Shown here: piece after piece, positions 1 to 10,500 of the stretch
How positions within the stretch are numbered: position 1 is the first letter of the stretch
How the letters are laid out: each line of letters begins with the position of its first letter
Position numbers and translations under genes: made by a program
Notes under the pieces: model-generated
What the model saw: only the letters and a program-made list of their open reading frames with translations
What the model was told of the DNA's origin: nothing
The model's database searches: none
Origin: Antedon mediterranea
Lineage: Eukaryota; Animalia; Echinodermata
Direction of reading: 5' to 3'
DNA length: 64,000 bases
Assembly: GCF_964355755.1 (NCBI RefSeq)
Contig: NC_092673.1
Location: forward strand, 21,883,648-21,947,647

Positions 1-200
1 TTATAAGTGGATGCAGCATGTTCTCCACCTGGGCTGTATGTTGCAGTAGTTAGATATTTCTGTGTTGATAGTCGTTGGTTTTGATGAATGCAAAGATGTC
101 TGTTTGTTAGTCGGTGGGTTACGATTGCAGATGTCGTAATCGGAAAGGTTTTCCTCAAAATCGATAGGCCCACATTTGTACGTGACAGAACTCGTAACAT
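1..200 (-). CDS. First coding exon (partial, runs off window) of a probable mitochondria-targeted protein
   Basis: Minus-strand acceptor TTTCACAG (AG at 205-204), ATG at 200, frame open to the window edge: MLRVLSRTNVGLSILRKTFPITTSAIVTHRLTNRHLCIHQNQRLSTQKYLTTATYSPGGEHAASTY. Rich in Arg/Leu/Ser/Thr with no acidic residue for ~59 aa, typical of a mitochondrial presequence. Candidate 5'UTR donors GTGAGT (577-572) and GTAAG (649-645). Different frame from the supplied 1..264 ORF. Confidence 0.6.
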   Translation of the reverse strand, partial: MLRVLSRTNVGLSILRKTFPITTSAIVTHRLTNRHLCIHQNQRLSTQKYLTTATYSPGGEHAASTY

Positions 201-649
201 TGTCTGTGAAATAATATTTATAATGAATAAATATACATGGTAATCTAGTAGGTCTATAGATCATGGTCAGAGAAGATCATTTTGTTTAGCATACTGGTGC
301 TTCCGTGGATACTAAAGTTAAACTTGATAAAGCGGATCGTTACGACCACACATAGAAAATCCACCTCATATTAACAAGTCAAATATAATATCCACATACC
401 CTAAATAATCTACCCATAGAGATATTATACCTAACCTAAATAATCTCCTAACCCTTTCATATTTATAACCATAAACAACACGGCCAATTTCGTTAGGATG
501 TGCACCATCCAAATCATGATCTCATATCATCTTCTTATAATAAATTATAGTCTATTCATGAGTTTATATATACTCACTTCTGTAGAATCAGCTAGCTGAA
601 TAATCACAAGCGCTGGTTATGACCGTACCACGAAAAGAAGCAACCTTAC

Positions 650-1116
650 TTAGCAAAGTCCAACTGATAGTTAACTTTATCGATCCATCTACTGTAGCCT
701 ACATTTGCCTTTTATTATATTGTAGAAGTCCATTTACTTGATTAATATTATTTGATTAGGACTATTTTGATACTGCATACCGTAGCTATATTATTGAAGT
801 AGCTTTGGCTGAGGAATTATGGAATTGTAAACCATTGATTTTCATAAATAGATATAAATGGAAGCAGGAAGTTGTTATTTGTCAAAGATCATACAGTTAG
901 TATCTTTACTTTGCTATTGAATTGTACAAACGTCCCTACTATGATGAGGGCTCCCTTTTATAAATAATAACATCATCGTTTCATCACGTCGCGCGGTGGC
1001 GGTCGGTTGTGTTTTTGGGTAATTTCAATGTTTTTTAGACCTTGCTAAAAGACCTATTTTCAAATAATACAGTGTGACATACATATGTATGTCATACTAA
1101 TGTATTGAACTGTGAG
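650..1116. promoter_or_regulatory. Putative bidirectional promoter and SLU7 non-coding first exon
   Basis: Lies between two divergent genes. CpG-rich patch at ~985-1005 (CGTCGCGCGGTGGCGGTCGG), tandem GGAAG ETS-like cores at 860-872, strong donor GAG|GTAAGA at 1117 and acceptor CATCAG at 1531 just upstream of the SLU7 ATG. TSS positions are inferred. Confidence 0.4.
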
Positions 1117-1554
1117 GTAAGATACGATTTGATTCAAGTCAAGGCCGGGTTGAAGCTAACTAAAAAGGTTGGCTGGCTTTGTCTAACTAGCCTAGCCTAG
1201 GCCTAACTTTACTAGGCCTCCTACCTAGGCCCAGCTTTCGCTGTCTTGTTGGCCTGTTTAGCTCTAGGATATAGGGATTTCCCTCTCTTTTTAGCGTAGC
1301 GGGACGTTTCGGCCCGGGAGCCCAAACGTCCCACTACCACTTTTAATATACATTTATGTGGTACAGTATTTATCAGTTTTATGAATTTAAACATATTAGC
1401 CAATGAACGGTATTTTATTTTTATAAATAATAATTTACATTTTTCAATATTTAATTTTAATTGAATTTAACTAAGTCAATAATGATTAGAAAATATATAG
1501 GCTAAACTCTTTCCTTTTTTTTAATCATCAGAAAGATATAAATTTAAATACATT

Positions 1555-4500
1555 ATGTCAAAGTCTCATATACTGCCCTCAAGGGCAAATCAAAGTTCTG
1601 CAGCGGACGAGCAGTATGTCAAACCGTCTTTAGAGAACAAACGAGAAGATTGGAGGAAAGCGAAAGAATTGGAAGAAGCGAGAAAAGCTGGAACTGCTCC
1701 TGCTCTTGTGGATGAAGAGGGAAAGTATGACCTTTTTTAGCTATAATATTTTATTGAATACTCTGTAAATAATAACATGATGCATGTAAGAGGTTGTATA
1801 GAGAAAAGTAAAATGATATGAGACTAACATTTTATTTGAGATATCACTTGATAATCAATGAAATATTGGTTACTTTTATTTACTTTTTCTATGGCCGTGA
1901 TTAACAACTTTATTACATCTACAAAATAACCTATTCAAAGTCTTATTTAGTTAATCTTCATTTTTCATGTTTTTTGGGGACAATACATTTGTAACTGGTG
2001 TACCTCTTCAGTACAAGACTGTTCTCCCAGAGAGCCTATTAATAAATGATTATATTACATAGCCTATGTAAATACGCGAACGTGATTGGTTGAAACTGCA
2101 TCACATGACTACCGCTGCGAGGATCGTAAATCGTATATATCCTCGAGAACGATGATATTGACTGTGTAATTTTCGCGTAATAATCGTGTCCCCTGTTATT
2201 AATCATATAAATTCTCGAGTACGATGATATTGACTGTGTAATTTTCGTGTGCAACACTCGAGTTTGCCGATAAATAAACAAAAGTCATCTACTCGATCTT
2301 GAACTCGGGTGGAATTGTCACTCCATCGCAAGACAACGTTTCATCCGCTGGGCCACGGAATTTGCTTGAAGAAAATAATCTTCTAAACTATTTAAGCTAT
2401 GCATACATAGCGCCCTCATTTGTTATAAGTCCACCCTAAATGTGATGAAACACCGTTTATGATTGGTCAATACTCACGGTAGTAACCTAGTAACTAGTAC
2501 GCGCTGAACATCCGGTGATTCGGCTCCTCGAAGATCGAGAAGACGACGAATTGTTTATTCGGCCTACCTGAATATAATATTATTATTAATAGGCTTATTG
2601 ATGGAAATTCTTCTGTTAATTTAAACGACCTAGGCCTAAGTGAATATTTTATTGCCAAGGAATCATTAATTAGTAATTATCTGTATATTATTCTTCGCAA
2701 GGTAAGGTGTCTAAGCAGTACAATACAATAAGGAGGCCTAGGCCCTAGCTAGCCTAGCTTCACCCAACCCAGCAGACTTGTTCTTGGCTATATAATGTAA
2801 CAGATATTGCCTTTTATATCGGTTAAATATAAGATTTGACATCCCCTCGAGAATGATATTAAGTTCTCGGGGAATATATATTTCCCTCAGCTGGCGCTTC
2901 GGGAAATATATATTCTCTCGAACTTAATATCATTCCCTCGGGGATGTCAAATCTTATATTTAACCTCTAAGCAGTCAATATCTGTATAATAGTAAAGTTT
3001 AACTTTCTTATTTTCAGAGATATTAATCCACATATTCCTCAGTACATATCAACAGTACCATGGTATGTTGGTGTTGATCACCCGACCTTAAAACATCAAC
3101 GTGTACAAGATGAGAAAAAGAAGGTTTTCAGTGGTATTGACCAGTGGTACAAAAAGGGTGTTAAAGAGGTAATCATAAAAAAGTATGAAAATCTAGATTT
3201 GATCCAGACAGATTAATTTATATTAGAATATTGTTTTTATGTACACAGAATGCTACTGTAGTATGAATATGGTGTAACCTAAAATGGGCATATACCTTTC
3301 TTCACTACAATTCATTACAGTATAAGGTATACTTAGCAGATAAAACTAAAGTTTAAAACTTTACATTTCAGGGATCAATAGCAACAAAATTTAGGAAAGG
3401 CGCTTGTACAAATTGTGGAGCTATTACCCACAAGAAAAAGGATTGCTTAGAGGTAGGTTATGTTACATATTGTTACCATTATAACCAAAATGTAGTGTTA
3501 AGTTAAATCTCTCTCTACATAAGATTAATTTAATCAATGTTATGTGCACAACATTTCTATAAGCTTTTATGACATGAAATGCGTTTTTAGTTTTACAAAT
3601 ATGAAGTATGTATTGATTTACTGTACAATTAGTGATGGTTCCAGATTGTTTTTTAAATGGGGTTAATGTCCTATCTTTTACATTGTGTTTTCTACAATTT
3701 ATTGGAGGCCGGCTAAGCCTGAACTTGAATCCGACAATATGTGTGTGTTTCTTAGAATTTGTACAAGTATGAATGAGCATTCCCACTTAAACTTTTACTA
3801 TGTACTGTAAAAAATTACTGTGTATATTTTGTCTCTTACAGAGACCAAGAAGAGTTGGCGCCAAATTTACAAGTAGCCAAATTGCACCCGATGAGCATGA
3901 ACAACCCAATTTGGATTTTGACTACGCTAGCAAACGTGATCGATGGAATGGCTACGACGAAGAAGACTACGATGATGTTATCAAGGAATTTGCCAAAATT
4001 GAAGAGGTATAAAAACGTAATTTTTTATATAAAGATAGAAATCATCAATCAAAACAAGTAACTGAATGTTACATATATTATTGAGGCTATATAAGACTGT
4101 TAAGGTGTGCAGAAATATGAAATTTAAAAAGTTAAAAGTTAAACCTTTTAAAGACAGCGAGCAGATTTGATTCAGTTTTTACTCCTCAGGCTCTGTCTAC
4201 ACTATTAAACGTTATGTGACAAAAATATATGATGTGCCCATATATGGACATGATGATGTCATATCACTACCATATTTGGGTATATCACTACCATATCTGT
4301 GCACATTACACTTTTGTTTGGTAGTTTAGACAGAGCTTCAGAGCAATTTTCAACATTCTAATATATGGTAATTTTTTAAGCTGGGTTGTTATGTGTTATG
4401 GCTTAATTTTTCCTTGCTAAAGGTTTAGTAATAATAGAAAATATTGTTATTTTGTCACAGGCAAAAAAAGAACTAAAAGCTGCTCAACTTGAGGATGAAA

Positions 4501-7500
4501 TGATGATTGAGAAACAAACCAAAGAAAAAGAAAAGGTGAATATATTTAGAATTAAACACCAATGAATGTTAAGGCAGGTGCGCCGTTTACCATACCTAAA
4601 GAGCCAACAATAACGGCATGGGTTCGAGGCCAACTCGCTACTAGTTCGGTGGTGGAACAAGTTTTCTCGAATAAGGACTATAAACCGTAGGTCCAGTGTA
4701 CACAGTTATAACCTGTGTGCATGTTAAAGAACCCAATTCATCATTCGAGACGAGTAGGGGGTACTCCTGGTGAACTGGTTCACAAAAAATCCCTGTATCC
4801 GGGGGATTACCACCTATCTGATAGGACAGTGATTAATTTAGTATTGATAATCCTTGGCCACTTGTGCCTAAAAGGCATAAACTAAAAAAAAATAGAAAAG
4901 AATTGTAATTATATTAAAATAATCCATGAAAGAGACTATACACTATTGAAATAAGTCTGATAATGTGTACCTGAGTGCTAAGTCTCCCCTCCCGCTAAGG
5001 TGAAATTGCTCCTGATTGTTTTGAATACTGTACGAGAAAAAAAAATACTTGCACTGATGAAAGGCTAGTGTTGCCTGAAAGCTCTGCTACTTTTTCTGAC
5101 TGTTTTACTTATAGTTTTGCTTTAGCTTTTTGCTTATCTTATTTTCTATTTCCATTGATACACCCACAGCATTTCATTATTTTCAGTAATTGCCTTTGGA
5201 TATATTTATGCACTTATGAAGGGCTAGTGTTGCCCGAAAGCTCTGATAACTTTTCTGGCTGTTTACTTTATCGTTTTGATTTAGCTTTTCGCTTTTTTTT
5301 TTTTTTTTTGTATCGAGATCCAGCCACTGATACCCACAGCATTGTCAATTTTTTCAGTAATTTGCTTTTGGATTTATATATAGTGTATATATATATATCC
5401 AATCTGCAGACAGTACTGTTTCGATCTTAGTAGATCTCGTCAGTGCAGCTCAGGTTTCGAAATGAAATAAGCCGCAGAACTGGCACAATATATAGGCTGA
5501 GCCAGGTATGCGGGACATGGTACACTGATTATGAACACAAAGAGTGCACAAGTTCAACGAGCGTGCTTTGCAAAATGCTAATAGTATTCACAACAAAATG
5601 CACCGTTTCGAAATGAAGAGTGCTCTACAAAACAACATACTATATATGTATATATCAGAAAGTAGAGGAGCATAATATCCAATCTGCAGACAGTACTGTT
5701 TCGATCTTATTAGATCTCGTCAGTTCAGCTCAGGTTTCGAAATGAAATGTACCGCAGAACTGGCACAATATATAGGCTGAGCCAGGTATGCGGGACATGG
5801 TACACTGATTATGAACACCTATATATAAATATATGTGACAAATGTGTTTTTTTTTATTGAAATAAGCCTGATAGGATATAATGACATACAAACTGTTTCT
5901 GAAACTAATTTTATTTTGGTTAAAAGGGAGACAGTGACAATAGTGAAGATGAAGACAAGTATGCAGATGATTTTGACATGCCTGGTACAAACTTTGACAG
6001 CAAAAGGTTAGTTAATTCAAGTTACAGATTTCATTTTGACATGCCTGGTACAAACTTTGACCGCAAAAGGTTAGTTAATTCAAGTTACAGATTTCATTTT
6101 GACATGCCTGGTACAAACTTTGACAGCAAAAGGTTAGTTAATTCAAGTTACAGATTTCATTTTGACATGCCTGGTACAAACTTTGACAGCAAAAGGTTAG
6201 TTAATTCAAGTTACAGATTTCATTTTGACATGCCTGGTACAAACTTTGACAGCAAAAGGTTAGATAATTCAAGTTACAGATTTCATTTTGACATGCCTGG
6301 TACAAACTTTGACAGCAAAAGGTTAGTTAATTCAAGTTACAGATGTCACTTTGACATGCCTGGTACAAACTTTGACAGCAAAAGGTTAGTTAATTCAAGT
6401 TACAGATTTCATTTTGACATGCCTGGTACAAACTTTGACAGCAAAAAGTTAGTTAATTCAAGTTACAGATTTCACTTTGACATGCCTGGTACAAACTTTG
6501 ACAGCAAAAGGTTAGTTAATTCAAGTTACAGATTTCACTTTGACATGCCTGGTACAAACTTTGACAGCAAAAGGTTAGTTAATTCAAGTTACAGATTTCA
6601 TTTTGACATGCCTGGTACAAACTTTGACAGCAAAAGGTTAGTTAATTCAAGTTACAGATTTCATTTTGACATGCCTGGTACAAACTTTGACAGCAAAAGG
6701 TTAGTTAATTCAAGTTACAGATTTCATTTTGACATGCCTGGTACAAACTTTGACAGCAAAAGGTTAGATAATTCAAGTTACAGATTTCATTTTGACATGC
6801 CTGGTACAAACTTTGACAGCAAAAGGTTAGTTAATTCAAGTTACAGATTTCATTTTCACATGCCTGGTACAAACTTTGACAGCAAAAGGTTAGTTAATTC
6901 AAGTTACAGATTTCACTTTGACATGCCTGGTACAAACTTTGACAGCAAAAGGTTAGTTAATTCAAGTTACAGATTTCATTTTCACATGCCTGGTACAAAC
7001 TTTGACAGCAAAAGGTTAGTTAATTCAAGTTACAGATTTCATTTTCACATGCCTGGTACAAACTTTGACAGCAAAAGGTTAGTTAATTCAAGTTACAGAT
7101 TTCATTTTCACATGCCTGGTACAAACTTTGACAGCAAAAGGTTAGTTAATTCCAGTTACAGATTTCATTTTGACATGCCTGGTACAAACTTTGACAGCAA
7201 AAGGTTAGTTAATTCAAGTTACAGATTTCATTTTGACATGCCTGGTACAAACTTTGACAGCAAAAGGTTAGTTAATTCAAGTTACAGATTTCATTTTGAC
7301 ATGCCTGGTACAAACTTTGACAGCAAAAGGTTAGTTAATTCAAGTTACAGATTTCATTTTGACATGCCTGGTACAAACTTTGACAGCAAAAGGTTAGTTA
7401 ATTCAAGTTACAGATTTCATTTTGACATGCCTGGTACAAACTTTAACAGCAAAAGGTTAGTTAATTCAAGTTACAGATTTCATTTTGACATGCCTGGTAC

Positions 7501-10500
7501 AAACTTTGACAGCAAAAGGTTAGTTAATTCAAGTTACAGATTTCATTTTCACATGCCTGGTACAAACTTTGAAAGCAAAAGGTTAGTTAATTCAAGTTAC
7601 AGATTTCATTTTGACATGCCTGGTACAAACTTTGACAGCAAAAGGTTAGTTAATTCAAGTTACAGATTTCATTTTGACATGCCTGGTACAAACTTTGACA
7701 GCAAAAGGTTAGTTAATTCAAGTTACAGATTTCATTTTGACATGCCTGGTACAAACTTTGACAGCAAAAGGTTAGTTAATTCAAGTTACAGATTTCATTT
7801 TCACATGCCTGGTACAAACTTTGACAGCAAAAGGTTAGTTAATTCAAGTTACAGATTTCACTTTGACATGCCTGGTACAAACTCTAATAACCAAAACATG
7901 TACAGTAAATGATTCATCTTTTTCCTTTGGCTCTAGTTGAAGGCGTTTGTTGATAATAACAGCATTTTATTTATAATTTTAGACGTATTACAGTGAGAAA
8001 TCTGCGTATTCGTGAAGACACAGCCAAATATTTGTACAATTTAAACCCAAACTCTGCGTACTACGATCCGAAAACGAGATCAATGCGTGGAAATCCATTC
8101 AAAGACACCGGCAGGCATCCTAATGAGTAAGTCTAGCATTTATTCTGTTCTTACAATTTAGTTTCTTTTTGTTCATATCCTTACAGTTAAACTTTCTTTC
8201 AAGTTGTTCATATTGTAAATTGTTTTAACCATTGCTACTATCAATCCTAGGCTAACCAGATAACTTGTAGGTCTTGTACTCATCGGTCATTGTTAATTCA
8301 AAATCGTAATGAAGAATATACTGTTTAGGTTCACCCTCTATAAATAAAGTGAAATTAAAAAAAAAATAAATAAACTCAAAATAATATTTAATCATGTTGT
8401 GTTATATTTGATACAAGAAGGTGCAGATCATTATCAATAGAAAAACAATGTTAATTTCCTTGTTGTATGTTTCAGTTTAAAATATGCTGGTGAGAATTTT
8501 GTTCGCTCAAGCGGAGATACTGGAAAAATGGCCAATGCTCAATGTAAGTTCGCTTAGTGTGTCAAAGCTCTGTCTACACTATCAAACTAATTTGACAAAA
8601 AAAGTGTGATGTGCCCAAATATGGTACTAATATGCCCAATAAGGTAGCGATATGACATCATCATGTCCATATATGAGCACATCACATTTTTTTTGTCACA
8701 TAAAGTATGATAGTGTAGACAGAGCTTAAAGCACTTTTACAGAATACAAAAATAAATAAAAACTTATTTTGAGGCTTACAGTAGTAGCTAGTGAGAAAAT
8801 CATGATAATGAGTTCGGGCTAGGATTTGAACCAAACACATTGGGTTTGGTAACTTTAAAGATGTATTGTCCCGCTGAAAAAATAATTCTTAACAAAATTT
8901 TGTTGAATATTCAATTTTAATGTAACATAATAGTTATCCACTTTGACCAAAAATTGTATAAAAAAAAAAGTATTTAAATGAAAACACTGTAATTTAAAGC
9001 AAAAAATGGCCAAATTGGCTGCCAGCCAGTGGGTTTTTGTTGAATTGAACCATTTAATTTGTCAATTTATAGGTGAAAACATTTTTTTTCCTTTATTTTT
9101 TGTATGTAAGTAATTAACTTTATTAAAACTACAAAATAACATATTCAAAGTCTGATTTAATTAATTTTCATTTTTCATGTTTTTGGGGGACAATATATCT
9201 TTAAGAAAGCAGCCTATAGATTCCTATAAGTAACGAATATTCCTTGTGGGTATTTTGCCAAGCTACTATTTTTCCCCACTACAAATAAACTGAGGGCTTA
9301 TAGCAGTGTCAGTAGGGTTATTACACTATATTCATCTGCTTTGTATATTTCAGTATTTGCATGGGAGGCAACAGATAAGGGTACTGATGTACATTTACAA
9401 GCAGACCCGACCAAATTGGAATTGCTCAACCGTGAATTTGAAGTAAAGGCCGACGATTTTAAGAAAGGTCAAAAGAATAGCATCTTAGATAAGGTATATT
9501 ATTTTCATTTTTTGAGATTACTACATTGTAGTATCGTTTGTATATTTAATTGTTCAGACATAACAATTTACATGTGTAATGGTCGTGTGTAGTGTAAATT
9601 TGCTGTTTCAAAAACCCAACTCGTGAGGTGGATTTTTTAATTACACCTTAAATCGCAAGCTGATTAACCACAAGATAAGGAGCAATTTGACCATACTAGT
9701 GTAAAAAGAAGAATGAAATATTACCTTGGTGGATAATTTGAACGAACGATCACTGATTTATCTCTAAAGGTTACACATGTAATTGATTTTACGTGCGAAC
9801 ACAGCCTATGTCTCTGTTGTTGAATAATTCACAAACATAAGAATAATAGAATAAGAAAAGAAAGTTAATTGATTAAAATAATATTTTATTTTCGACACGA
9901 ATGAATAGTCACCAGCACCAGAAATGAGATTCTACCTCGCTTCATATTAGCAAGTTTTTGTGGTGGAAGGAAGAAAACGATAATTAAATCAAAAGATTAA
10001 TCTGCGTGTTTGTAGAAGCCCAGTGTACATCATCTTCATTATCTGCACTCTATTTGGTAGATTTGATATTTGACCTTCGTCTATATTTAATATTACTTAT
10101 TTTTTTACAGTATGGAGGACAAGAACACTTGGAAGCTCCTCCACAGCAACTGCTCATGGCACAGACGGTAAGTTCAATAACCACAGTGCTTCAGATTAAA
10201 TATTTAGCTGTCGGTCTAATTCTAAACTATCTTGAAAGTAGATAATTAAATTACTCTTAAATTTAAAATGTTAATTAACATTGTACACTACAGACTGTTT
10301 AATTAAAATGCTTCAGATTAGATATTTAGCTGTCGGTCTACTTCTAAATTAACCTGTGGACATGTGTTTATATATTGAAAGTATAATAACTAAATAGATG
10401 ATTCAAGTTAAAATTTCAACATTATATTGTACACTGCAGACTGTTTTATTAAATTGCTTCAGATTAGATATTTAGCTGTCGGTCTAATTCTAAACTATCC

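Larger units (their letters stand above)
5397..5818 (-). mobile_element. Retrozyme/Penelope-like tandem element, 280-nt unit, ~1.5 copies, two hammerheads
   Basis: 5397-5676 is repeated from 5677 to 5818; near-identical monomer at 61329-61592; flanked by TA-rich tracts. Confidence 0.8.

Noticed and set aside
1-264. Supplied 87-aa minus ORF
   Set aside because: It crosses an apparent acceptor site; the alternative frame from ATG 200 gives a much more protein-like presequence.
5068-5430. Short ORFs over repeats (also 5730-5990, 23597-24130, 26179-26547, 61147-61578)
   Set aside because: They lie within ribozyme repeats, MITEs or SINEs and show no domain motifs; no transposase or reverse-transcriptase ORF was seen anywhere in the window.
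6007-6027. Thirty individually spliced 21-nt introns
   Set aside because: 21 nt is far below the usual metazoan minimum intron length and the pyrimidine tract is weak; only pairing of a donor with a more distant acceptor is plausible.
5971-7883. CRISPR array
   Set aside because: Units are contiguous and near-identical with no unique spacers; eukaryotic intron context and no cas genes.
5978-7912. 644-aa ORF as a stand-alone repeat protein gene
   Set aside because: It is the SLU7 exon 6 reading frame continuing through the tandem array; its ATG is an internal SLU7 Met and it has no promoter or start context of its own.
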